In this document: in pieces, positions 38,274 through 46,912 of the stretch
Layout of the letters: each line of letters opens with the position of its first letter
How positions within the stretch are numbered: the first letter of the stretch is position 1
DNA from: Bryobacterales bacterium
Lineage (GTDB): Bacteria; Acidobacteriota; Terriglobia; Bryobacterales; UBA6623
Length of the DNA: 64,000 nucleotides
Assembly: GCA_965237575.1 (NCBI GenBank)
Contig: CBDEGI010000003.1
Coordinates: forward strand, 1,993,952-2,057,951
Reading direction: 5' to 3'
Notes under the pieces: model-generated
What the model was told of the DNA's origin: nothing
The model's database searches: none
The model's input: only the letters and a program-made list of their open reading frames with translations
Made by a program: the position numbers and the translations under genes

Positions 38274-39712
38274 GCCTCGCGCATCGATTGGAACAGATTG
38301 ACGATTGGCGTTGGCGTATTCCGCGCGACGAACGGCTGGGCATGCGTACGGACGTGATGGTCTATGCCAGCAAGTCGATCATCGAGAAGGTCGTCAAAGA
38401 CCGCTCGTTGGAGCAGGCGGCGAATGTCGCATCGCTACCGGGCATCGTCGGGCCGAGCCTGGCGATGCCGGACATCCACCAGGGCTACGGGTTCCCGATC
38501 GGGGGCGTGGCGGCAACCGATCTCGGAGAAGGGGTGGTGTCGCCCGGAGGAGTCGGCTTCGACATCAACTGCGGCGTGCGCCTGGTGCGCTCGACCCTCA
38601 ACCGCGGTGACGTGCGCGACCGCCTGCGGGAGTTGGTGAATCAGATCTTCCGCGACGTGCCCTGCGGTATCGGCGGCTCGGGCTTCGTCAAGATCAACCT
38701 CAACGAGCTCGACGACGTCCTCACGCAAGGGTCGGGCTGGATGGTTCGCCACGGCTATGGCGAGCCGCGCGACGCCGAGTTCGCCGAGGCCGCCGGGGCT
38801 CTCCCGGATGCCGACCCCGGCACAGTTTCGGACCGCGCCAAAGAGCGGGGACGGCCGCAGCTTGGCACTCTCGGTAGCGGTAACCACTTCCTCGAGATCC
38901 AGTTCGTACAGCAGATCCACGACGAAGAGGCGGCGCGGGCGTTCGGGCTGCACACCGGCCAGGTGGTCGTGTTGATCCACTCGGGCTCGCGCGGGCTGGG
39001 CCATCAAGTGTGCACCGACTCACTGAGAGACATGGGCGCCGGCATGAAGAAGTACGGCATCGAGATGCGCGATCGCCAACTTGCATGCGTGCCCATCCAA
39101 TCACCGGAAGGGCAGAACTATCTCTCCGCCATGCGCGCGGCGGCCAACTATGCCTGGGCCAACCGCCAAGGCATCACGCATTTTCTCCGGCAGGCGTTCC
39201 AGAAAACGTTCGGTCCCGATGTACGGCTCGACCTTATCTATGACGTCTGCCACAACATCGCGAAGCAAGAGCGCTATACGGTCGACGGCACAACCCGCGA
39301 TGTATTGGTTCACCGCAAGGGGGCGACGCGGGCCTTTCCGCCCGGGCACAGAGAGGTGACCGAAGCGTATCGCCGCGTGGGGCAGCCGGTATTCATCCCA
39401 GGGAGCATGGGAACGGCGTCGTGGGTGCTTGCGGGGCAGCCGGGGTCGGTCGCGGAGACCTTCGGCACGGTGTGCCACGGGGCGGGACGATTGTTGAGCC
39501 GGACGGCGGCGAAGAAGGGCCGCGACGTGAACCGTGTCGTCAAGGACCTCGAGAAGGCCGGTATCGTTGTGCGCAGCGAGTCGAAGAAGGGGATTCTCGA
39601 AGAGGTGCCCGAGGCTTACAAAGACGTTGATGAGGTCATCGCGGTGGTCCACAACGCCGGACTGGCCAAGAAGGTGGCTCGGCTGCGTCCGATGGGCGTG
39701 ATCAAGGGTTAG
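38270..39712 (+). CDS. rtcB: RNA-splicing ligase RtcB (3'-phosphate/5'-hydroxyl RNA ligase)
   Basis: 480 aa with metal and GMP-His blocks DIHQGYGFPIGG, GFDINCGVR, GSGNHFLE, HSGSRGLGH and CHNIA. Confidence 0.96.
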   Translation: MSLAHRLEQIDDWRWRIPRDERLGMRTDVMVYASKSIIEKVVKDRSLEQAANVASLPGIVGPSLAMPDIHQGYGFPIGGVAATDLGEGVVSPGGVGFDINCGVRLVRSTLNRGDVRDRLRELVNQIFRDVPCGIGGSGFVKINLNELDDVLTQGSGWMVRHGYGEPRDAEFAEAAGALPDADPGTVSDRAKERGRPQLGTLGSGNHFLEIQFVQQIHDEEAARAFGLHTGQVVVLIHSGSRGLGHQVCTDSLRDMGAGMKKYGIEMRDRQLACVPIQSPEGQNYLSAMRAAANYAWANRQGITHFLRQAFQKTFGPDVRLDLIYDVCHNIAKQERYTVDGTTRDVLVHRKGATRAFPPGHREVTEAYRRVGQPVFIPGSMGTASWVLAGQPGSVAETFGTVCHGAGRLLSRTAAKKGRDVNRVVKDLEKAGIVVRSESKKGILEEVPEAYKDVDEVIAVVHNAGLAKKVARLRPMGVIKG

Positions 39713-39728
39713 GCCAGTCTGGCCCGGA

Positions 39729-40529
39729 TTAGTAAACCTTGGGGATGAACGTCTGGTCCTCGACCGGCGGGCGAACGTAGCTGCCGTCCTTCTGGCGCTT
39801 GGGCAGCTTGACCGACTCGGGGGTGAGATCCTCGTAGGGAATCATGCTCAGTAGATGGGAAATGCAGTTGAGGCGTGCGCGGCCCTTGTCTTCGGCGTCC
39901 ACGACGTACCAGGGCGCCTGCTTGATGTCGGTGTAGGCGAACATCTTATCCTTCGCCTTGGAGTACTCAACCCAGCGGGCGCGGGACTCGAGATCCATGG
40001 CGCTCAGTTTCCAGCGCTTAGTCGGCTGCTCGATGCGGGCCTGAAAGCGGCGCTCCTGCTCCTCGTCGCTGACCGAGAACCAGTACTTGATGAGGATGAT
40101 GCCTGAGCGGATCAGGGTGCGCTCGAACTCGGGGCAGGAGCGCATGAACTCGTCATACTCGTCGTCGGTGCAGTAGCCCATCACCCGTTCGACGCCGGCG
40201 CGGTTGTACCAACTGCGGTCGAACAGGACCATCTCGCCGGCAGCCGGCAGGTGCGGCACGTAACGCTGGAAGTACCACTGGGTCCGCTCGCGCTCGGTCG
40301 GTTTGCCGAGCGCCACGACACGGCAAATACGGGGGTTAAGGCATTCGGTGATGCGCTTGATGGTGCCACCTTTGCCGGCGGCATCGCGGCCCTCAAAGAT
40401 CACGACAACCTTCAGACCCTTGGCTTTGATGAATTCCTGCTGCTTGACCAGCTCGACTTGCAGCTTGGCCAGCTCTTTTTCGTAGGCCCTTTTCTTGAGT
40501 TTCTTGGGCTTGTCGTGGCTGGAGGTCAT
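39729..40529 (-). CDS. ppk2: Polyphosphate kinase 2 (single-domain PPK2)
   Basis: 266 aa with Walker A-like FEGRDAAGKGGTIKRI and the lid/Walker B pattern DRSWYNRAGVERV. Confidence 0.93.
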   Translation of the reverse strand: MTSSHDKPKKLKKRAYEKELAKLQVELVKQQEFIKAKGLKVVVIFEGRDAAGKGGTIKRITECLNPRICRVVALGKPTERERTQWYFQRYVPHLPAAGEMVLFDRSWYNRAGVERVMGYCTDDEYDEFMRSCPEFERTLIRSGIILIKYWFSVSDEEQERRFQARIEQPTKRWKLSAMDLESRARWVEYSKAKDKMFAYTDIKQAPWYVVDAEDKGRARLNCISHLLSMIPYEDLTPESVKLPKRQKDGSYVRPPVEDQTFIPKVY

Positions 40530-40634
40530 CGACGCGGCGATTCTAACATGGCGCGGGGGGAAGGCCGGGTTTCGTGTCCTGAGAAACGTGTTTCGACGGC
40601 GTAGCGCGGTGCGCCTTACGTTTCGGGAGTCGTG

Positions 40635-43187
40635 CTACTTCGCGCTGACGAGGTTGGCGAACAGGCGATAGGCGCCGGGGACTCCGGCAGGTAGTTGGCG
40701 GAACCAGGAGTACCCCGTGAAGATGTAGACCCCTTTGCCGTGCCGCGCGTAGAGCAGGCCGCCGCGGCGGGGAGGCTCGCCCGGGTCGTGGGATTCGAGC
40801 AAGGCGTCGTAGCGCTTGTCCCACTCGCCCATGAAGTAGAGCCCGCGCTCCTGAACCCAGCCCTCGAAGTCAGCGGCCGTGATGCGGTTCGGCCCGGCGA
40901 GCAGGGTATGGTCGGGCTCGAGCATCCGCAGCGGCGCGTCCTCAACGCTTACCCGATCGCGAGCGGGGGTCAGAGCGTAAGGGGCGAGGACGGAGGGCGA
41001 ACCACGGCGGCGCGAGACCGTGTTGTACTGCACGACGAGCGTGCCTCCATCGTGCACATAACCCAGCAAGCGCTCGCGCGCAGCCGGCACGTCGGGCCGG
41101 GTGCTCACAGCCCGAATGCCCAGGATTACGGTGTCGAAGCGGCCGAGATCGCCCGAGGCAAGATCGTCCTTCGTGAGAAGCGTGACCGTGGCGCCGAGCT
41201 GTTCGAGGGCCTCGGGAATGCGGTCGCCTGAGCCCATGACGTAGCCGACTTGCTGCGAGAGCAGCCGCACGTCGGTGCGTTCAACCCGCATCTCCGCCTT
41301 GGGGAAGACAACCTGCGTGGGGATGTGTGGGTACTCGATGATCCTCATCCCGCGCGACAGCACGCGGTCCCCTATGGTGAGCCGCGCGGCAACACGGCCG
41401 CTTGACGTCGTTGCCGGCGGTTGGAGGTTGAAGCGAAGGCTGAGCTCCTGCCCGCGCCGCTCTACTTCGAAAGGGATGGTGTCCGGAATGGCCTTCCACC
41501 CCGTTGGCACGTCAAGCGAGGCTTGGCCGGCCGCATGGTCCGTGTTCGAGACGATTCTCACCGCAACGTCTCGCGGCTCGGTGTCGGGGAAGATCAGGGT
41601 ACTGCGTGAGAAACGGACCGCCACGGCGGGTACCACTTCCAGCGGCCGGGTCCGCTCTCCAAACGCACGGTCGACCCATCGGTAGAGGACGGGTTTTGTA
41701 ATTGACAGCTCCGTGCCGTGTGCGTCTCGAAGCGAAAAAGTGACCGCCAGCGCCGGGGGCGGCTCAGGCAGGCCGATGAGCCCGGGGTCGTCGAGGTCGT
41801 AGTAGGCGTTCTGTCCGGAGCGGCGCAGCCACGAAGGGTGTGAGTACGGTGCGTCGCTCGGGATCTTGAGTGTCAGCCGTTCTTGAGAGACCCTGTTGTA
41901 GACGAGTGGTCCCGAATCCGGGTCAACACCCGCTTTCGCTGCGCCGCGCACCTCGGCCCGCGACCATGTAAGTGGGTAGCGCGAACGGTTGAGCACCGAG
42001 AGGCTCAGCTCGAGCGGAAAGCCGGGTGTCGCGTTCCAGACGTTCGCCGCCGCGTCGATCCAAAGGCCCGCGGCCAGTTCGATGGCGCGGACCAGTTCCT
42101 TTCGCTTGACGTCGATCCACGGGTCGTCGAGCTTCTCCATCGCGGCATGGGCCCGAAACAGCAGCGGCAGGATCATCTCCGGCTTGTCGACGCGATACTC
42201 GTCGCGGGCCTGCCTCAGGAGACGGCCGGCTTCCCCGGCGCCGCCGATGCGCTGCCAGGAGGTGTCGATGCCTTCGAAGAGATCCTGCTCGACGGGATCC
42301 CCGGCGACATGGCCGAAGAATGCCGGGGCGTCGCCTTTACGCTGGGACGAGCCCATGCCCTGGCTGCGGTGCATGCTGCGCGCCAGCCCGCCCAACTCGG
42401 CGTAGGAGCGGCCCAGCACCGGATCGTACAGGCCGGTGTTGACGCGGATGCGGTCGGTGCGTTGGGCCTGCTCTTGTTCGTGCCGGGGCGAGAACAGCGG
42501 TGGGCTCCAGTAAAGCCTTTTCGCCCGCCAGGGCTTGAGGCCTTGGCGAATCTGCTCGGGAAAGCGATTGGGATCGGCGGCGGCCTGGAAGACCTCGGGA
42601 GCGAGCTGCCCCACAGCCGTGTGATGACCGTGGCCGCTGGAGGCGTCGGGGGCGAAGCGCGAGATGATGACGTCGGGCTGAAAGCGGCGGATGATGCGAA
42701 CCATGTCGCTCAGGACGCGCTCCCGCCCCCATTTTGCGAGCGTCTCCTCGGGAGATTTGCTGTAGCCGAAGTCGATGGCGCGCGTGAAGAATTGCTCGCC
42801 GCCGTCGAAGCGTCGGGCTGCCAGCAGTTCTTGCGTGCGAATGACGCCCAGGTATTCCGATTGCTCGGGCCCGATCAGGTTCTGGCCGCCCTCGCCGCGC
42901 GTGGCCGAGAGGTAGGCCGCGCGCAAACGCCGTCCGCGGGCAAAGTAGGCGATCATTGTTTCGCGTTCGTCGTCGGGGTGCGCTCCGAGCATGAGGAGGC
43001 TGCCGAGAGTGTTGAGACGATCGAGGGTTTGTTTCAACTCGGCCGATCCGGAAACGACACCCTCTTGCGCGGGCACGGGCAGGGCGAGAGCCACAGCGAG
43101 GACCGTCAGCAACGAGAGACAGAGATGCAGGGCGGAAAACCAATGTACGGTGGGCAGGTATTGCTTGCTTACCATCTTTGCTCCCAT
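40635..43187 (-). CDS. Large exported PIG-L/LmbE-family deacetylase-domain protein
   Basis: LmbE motif LGAHPDDERETM and HHTAVG near the N-terminus, followed by about 550 aa of additional domains. The C-terminal segment is GATase1-like (VILGIRAV...GGTLVVQYN). The start was chosen at the ATG at 43187, with GAAGGAAG upstream and a signal anchor; the track start is 43406. Confidence 0.78.
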   Translation of the reverse strand: MGAKMVSKQYLPTVHWFSALHLCLSLLTVLAVALALPVPAQEGVVSGSAELKQTLDRLNTLGSLLMLGAHPDDERETMIAYFARGRRLRAAYLSATRGEGGQNLIGPEQSEYLGVIRTQELLAARRFDGGEQFFTRAIDFGYSKSPEETLAKWGRERVLSDMVRIIRRFQPDVIISRFAPDASSGHGHHTAVGQLAPEVFQAAADPNRFPEQIRQGLKPWRAKRLYWSPPLFSPRHEQEQAQRTDRIRVNTGLYDPVLGRSYAELGGLARSMHRSQGMGSSQRKGDAPAFFGHVAGDPVEQDLFEGIDTSWQRIGGAGEAGRLLRQARDEYRVDKPEMILPLLFRAHAAMEKLDDPWIDVKRKELVRAIELAAGLWIDAAANVWNATPGFPLELSLSVLNRSRYPLTWSRAEVRGAAKAGVDPDSGPLVYNRVSQERLTLKIPSDAPYSHPSWLRRSGQNAYYDLDDPGLIGLPEPPPALAVTFSLRDAHGTELSITKPVLYRWVDRAFGERTRPLEVVPAVAVRFSRSTLIFPDTEPRDVAVRIVSNTDHAAGQASLDVPTGWKAIPDTIPFEVERRGQELSLRFNLQPPATTSSGRVAARLTIGDRVLSRGMRIIEYPHIPTQVVFPKAEMRVERTDVRLLSQQVGYVMGSGDRIPEALEQLGATVTLLTKDDLASGDLGRFDTVILGIRAVSTRPDVPAARERLLGYVHDGGTLVVQYNTVSRRRGSPSVLAPYALTPARDRVSVEDAPLRMLEPDHTLLAGPNRITAADFEGWVQERGLYFMGEWDKRYDALLESHDPGEPPRRGGLLYARHGKGVYIFTGYSWFRQLPAGVPGAYRLFANLVSAK

Positions 43188-43243
43188 CCCATCTTCCTTC
43201 TGACCATCGTATCGTAGGGAAGAGGAACCGAAGGTTGACGGCG

Positions 43244-44186
43244 ATGCAACGACGCGCGAGGCAATGTCGAAGCGCCTGGCTCTGGGTGTACGTTCTGTGC
43301 ATCTCCGGCTGGGTCTTGCCGCAAGCGTCGTTAGGGCAGACCGCAGCCAAAGCGCCGGACGCCGCCCAAGCCCAGAAACCGGCACTGGTCTATCGAGGGG
43401 AACCAATCGTCGTCCCTCTGGAGTGCGATTACGAGGACCTGCTCAACGCCGGCGTGGTGTGCAACGAGGACTCGCCCTGCCGGCTGTTCCTGGATCTAGT
43501 CGCTGTTGGGGGGGGTGGGCCAGTCGGTCTTCGCTCTCGGGAACATTCACTCCTCGGGCGGCACGGTCAGTTCGATCTTGCTGGCGAGTGACGACGAAGG
43601 TGCCACTTGGAGGGAAGCAGCCGAGCGCATGCGGGGAGCCAGCCTCGAGCAAATCCTTTTCGCCGACGGCGCCCATGGCTGGATCGCCGGACAGCGATGG
43701 GAGCTGACCACCGAGGCCTATCCCTTCTTGCTGATCACGGAGAATGGCGGTGGCCGTTGGCGGAAGCACGAGTTGTGGGCAGAGGACAGCGACCGTTCGG
43801 GCGTTGTAGCCGCGTTCGATTTCGACGATGACGAGCACGGCTTTCTGGTGATCGAGCGGTTGAATTCCGAGGGCGACCCGTTCGAGCTGTACGAGACGCT
43901 GAACGGCGGCCGCTCGTGGAGCATCCGCGGAATCACCAGCGACCCGCCCGCGATCCCGAGTAAGCGCTTGATCTCCCGCGAACCCTTGTGGCGTCTGCGG
44001 GCCGACCGTGAACGTGACGCCCACACGATCGAAAGGCTGGCCGAAGGCGCATGGACGCGCGCGGCCGCCTTCTCGTCGTCGGTCGGCGCTTGCCACAGCA
44101 TGGATCGCGAGGACGAACGACCGCGGGCCGAAGGCCTTGATGCCGAGGGGTGGATTGAGCGCTACCGGCTGAAACAAGCGCAGTGA
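43244..44186 (+). pseudogene. BNR/Asp-box beta-propeller (Ycf48-like) exported protein, split by a frameshift in a G8 run
   Basis: The signal peptide and N-terminus are in the frame of ORF 43178..43591. The remainder, with Asp-box-like SDDEGATW, TENGGGRW and TLNGGRSW, is in the frame of ORF 43506..44186. The switch point is the homopolymer at 43508-43515. Confidence 0.72.
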
Positions 44187-44202
44187 CGGGCGACTTCCGC
44201 GG

Positions 44203-45018
44203 CTAGTACGCCCACATGCGATTGAGGATCTCGGCCAGGCGGATGCCGGCTTTGGCGAGCTGTTCCTCGATGAGGGCTCGCGCTTTGCTGATGTAGGTGT
44301 CGTCGAGTTCCTTGGGATCATCGGCGGGGAGCCCGGCGTACACGGTTTCCACCGCCAAGCGGTGTGAGTCCCGGACCCAGATCCTGAGGTCGTCGCGGCT
44401 CCAGTCTTCCTTTTGCTGGGCGCTGATGCGCTGGTTGAGGCGGTCGGCGTATGCGGCTTCGTCGTCGATCATCGTCGCGAGTAGATCCCCGTCCCAGAAG
44501 GCGTGGAGGGTCGACTGCTGTCCGCGAAAGACCACCGGGATGTCGTTGCCGCCCCGGTCGCGGCGGTAGCCCGCGTGCAGCGGCTGGTGAAGGTCGCCGG
44601 CGAGATGAATCAGGAACCGCAGAGCGTCCAGCCGCTCCTTCTCGTCCCGCATTCCGAGGCGCACGATGCCGATGGACTTACGCAGTTGAACCGGCAGGCA
44701 GTTGTCGTCGGGACAGTCGCGGTGTAGGTCCAACGAAGCCGCCTTGGGCGGGATGTTGATGTAGTGCCAGGGCTTGGTCTCGGGCCGTTCGTCCGCGATG
44801 GTATCGGCCCAGGCGGCCAGGTCGGCAAGGGTGGCCTTTTTTCCGGCGAGTATATGGAAACGTCTCAGGGTCATCGGCTTGAGATGTTGCTGCGCGATGC
44901 GCGCGACCACGCGATGGCCCGCCTCATTCCACGACAGCCCCGCCGTTGGGAAACACAGACCCGCCAAGACGGCGAGACCCATCACCGGCCTCGCTCTTCG
45001 GAGAAGGACACCAACCAT
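44203..45018 (-). CDS. S1/P1-type zinc nuclease, secreted
   Basis: The predicted mature N-terminus is WNEAGHRVVARIAQ (the N-terminal Trp is a Zn ligand in nuclease P1). Other ligand blocks are WHYINIP, HLAGDLHQPLH, GGN and LHAFWD. Confidence 0.88.
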   Translation of the reverse strand: MVGVLLRRARPVMGLAVLAGLCFPTAGLSWNEAGHRVVARIAQQHLKPMTLRRFHILAGKKATLADLAAWADTIADERPETKPWHYINIPPKAASLDLHRDCPDDNCLPVQLRKSIGIVRLGMRDEKERLDALRFLIHLAGDLHQPLHAGYRRDRGGNDIPVVFRGQQSTLHAFWDGDLLATMIDDEAAYADRLNQRISAQQKEDWSRDDLRIWVRDSHRLAVETVYAGLPADDPKELDDTYISKARALIEEQLAKAGIRLAEILNRMWAY

Positions 45019-45174
45019 ACCTGTACGATACTAGGAAAGGCTTGGCGGGCGTCCGCGGGCGGGCATAGCAGATGGGGGCATGGTGATCAGCAGGCAAGCG
45101 CCACGGGCGGGCCTCGGACCTGCCACTACAAGCGCGGATGGTGGCACCCAGCCCGGCGCGATGGAGGCGTTTGA

Positions 45175-46200
45175 ATGACCGCACGGCAGATCGCGGAGCT
45201 GGTCGGGGGCAGTCTGGAAGGCGACGGCGATGTGGAAATCACCGGCGGGAACTCGCTCGACCGGGCCGGCGGGCACGACCTCTCGTTCGCCGAGGGTGAC
45301 AGCGGGGAGCAAGCAGCAATGAAGTCTCAGGCGGGCGCCCTGCTGATTCGCCCTGATGTGCCGGCGGCCGACTCCGGCGCGATCATCCGGGTGGCGCAGC
45401 CGCGGCGAGCGTTCGCGCAGGCGCTGCGGGCGATCTGTCCAACCCGTCGGCCTGAGCCAGGTGTCAATCCCACGGCCATCGTGGCCGAATCCGCGCGGAT
45501 CGACCCGAGTGCCACGATCGGCCCCGGCGTCGTCATTGGCGGGGAGGCCCGGGTCGGTGAAGGCACGGTGGTCCATGCCGGGTCGATCGTCGGCGACGGG
45601 TCGGTCCTCGGCAACAACTGCTTGGTCCACGCGGGCGTGGTCCTCTACCCAAAGGTCACCGTCGGTGACCGGGTGATTCTGCACTCCGGCGCCGTGCTCG
45701 GCGCGGACGGGTTCGGGTTCGCGCTCGAAGAAGATCACTACGAGAAGTTTCCGCAGCTCGGCACAGTCGAGATCGGCAACGATGTCGAGATCGGCGCCAA
45801 CGCCTGCGTCGACCGCGGCGCTCTGGGGCCCACCGTCATCGGCGACGGAACCAAGCTCGATAATATGGTTCACATAGGGCACAGTTGCCGCCTCGGCCGG
45901 CATGTTGTCATCGCCGCGCAGACCGGGCTCTCCGGAGGCGTAATCGTCGAAGACTACGTCGTCATGGGTGGCCAGGTCGGCAGCGGCGAGGGGGTGCATG
46001 TGGGCGCGCGCGCCAAGGTCGGCGGACAGGCGGGGCTGCTTCCCTCGAAACGATACGAGGGCGGACAGAATTACTGGGGCACCCCCGCGCGGCGGCACCG
46101 CGAACATCTCGGACGGCTAGCTCTGGTGAATCGCATTCCGAAGCTGATCGAGAAGCTGGACGCGCTGGCCCGCCGGGTCGAGGAACTGGAGTCGAAATGA
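45175..46200 (+). CDS. lpxD: UDP-3-O-acylglucosamine N-acyltransferase
   Basis: 341 aa with an N-terminal LpxD domain, a long left-handed beta-helix of hexapeptide repeats and a C-terminal coiled helix. Confidence 0.93.
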   Translation: MTARQIAELVGGSLEGDGDVEITGGNSLDRAGGHDLSFAEGDSGEQAAMKSQAGALLIRPDVPAADSGAIIRVAQPRRAFAQALRAICPTRRPEPGVNPTAIVAESARIDPSATIGPGVVIGGEARVGEGTVVHAGSIVGDGSVLGNNCLVHAGVVLYPKVTVGDRVILHSGAVLGADGFGFALEEDHYEKFPQLGTVEIGNDVEIGANACVDRGALGPTVIGDGTKLDNMVHIGHSCRLGRHVVIAAQTGLSGGVIVEDYVVMGGQVGSGEGVHVGARAKVGGQAGLLPSKRYEGGQNYWGTPARRHREHLGRLALVNRIPKLIEKLDALARRVEELESK

Positions 46201-46817
46201 AGCTGGTCGTCGTCGGGGGCCACAGCCGCAACATCGGGAAAACGTCGTTGGCGGCGTCGCTCATTTCAGCCACCAGCGAGCTGGGTTGGACCGCCCTCAA
46301 GATCACCCAGTTCGGCCACGGCATCTGTTCGTCCAACGGCCACGCGTGCGGCTGCTCGATCGACGACCCTGACCATCCCTTTTCGGTCGATCGCGAGACG
46401 GACCGCGAGGGTGGCTCTGACACATCGAGGTTTCTACGTGCGGGCGCCCAGGAAGTCTATTGGGTCCGCACGCGTGTGGGCGACTTGGACAGCGCCATGC
46501 CCTGCATCCGCAAAGTGATCGAGGGACGTCCCTACGTCTTGATGGAGTCGAACAGCGTCCTAGGCTTTGTGAAGCCGGATGTTTACCTGCCGGTACTGCA
46601 ATACGACGTGGACGACTTCAAGATGAGCAGCCGCCTTTACCTGAACCGCGCCGACGCGTTCGTGCTGCCGGCCTCCCAGCGAGAACGAGCGGAATGGCCT
46701 GGGATTGATCGCGAGGCCATCGAGCAGCATCCGACATTCCGGGTGAACGAACCCACCTTCTGCTCACCCGACTTGGTGGAGTTTGTTCGGACGCGACTGG
46801 CCGCACAAACCCGCTAA
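46197..46817 (+). CDS. MobB-like P-loop NTPase with Cys-containing insertion
   Basis: P-loop GGHSRNIGKTSL, followed by ALKITQFGH...GGSDTSRFLRAGA (cf. MobB KHTHH...GKDSYRxRxAGA) and VLMESNS (cf. LVEGFK). Insertion ICSSNGHACGCS. ATGA overlap with the lpxD stop; the track ORF's 5' extension to 45885 is out-of-frame overlap with lpxD. Confidence 0.6.
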   Translation: MKLVVVGGHSRNIGKTSLAASLISATSELGWTALKITQFGHGICSSNGHACGCSIDDPDHPFSVDRETDREGGSDTSRFLRAGAQEVYWVRTRVGDLDSAMPCIRKVIEGRPYVLMESNSVLGFVKPDVYLPVLQYDVDDFKMSSRLYLNRADAFVLPASQRERAEWPGIDREAIEQHPTFRVNEPTFCSPDLVEFVRTRLAAQTR

Positions 46818-46820
46818 CTA

Positions 46821-46859
46821 AACCGAGCCGTGACCGTCAGGGAGCGGTCCGGCACGAAC
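46821..46859 (-). repeat. REP-like intergenic stem-loop repeat, copy A3 (inverted orientation)
   Basis: The reverse complement gttcgtgccggaccgctccctgacggtcacggctcggtt matches A1 at 37/39 positions. It starts 4 nt after the MobB-like stop, in a convergent spacer. Confidence 0.9.
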
Positions 46860-46912
46860 ACCCCCGCCCCTTGGAAGGCCCTAGAACCGTGACCCGTTCG
46901 ATCGCCTTCCCC

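Noticed and set aside
39713-39728. rtcB and ppk2 as one operon or system
   Set aside because: The genes are convergent (stop-to-stop, 16 nt), so co-transcription is impossible. Any functional link is speculative and is listed only as a low-interest note.
45885-46196. 5' extension of the MobB-like ORF (track start 45885), giving 310 aa
   Set aside because: The extension overlaps the lpxD beta-helix in another frame and translates to Arg/Pro/Gly-rich sequence. The ATG at 46197, with a GGAG-like RBS and a P-loop right after it, is the sensible start.
46877-46884. Recurrent GGCCCTAG / CCTAG(A/G)GG strings in intergenic DNA (5325, 11334, 11345, 17335, 33261, 46877, 48471)
   Set aside because: An 8-mer is expected about twice by chance on two strands of 64 kb. 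TAG-containing strings are naturally confined to non-coding DNA in a GC-rich genome. Apart from the true 11-bp tandem at 11333-11354, this is not enough evidence for a motif.
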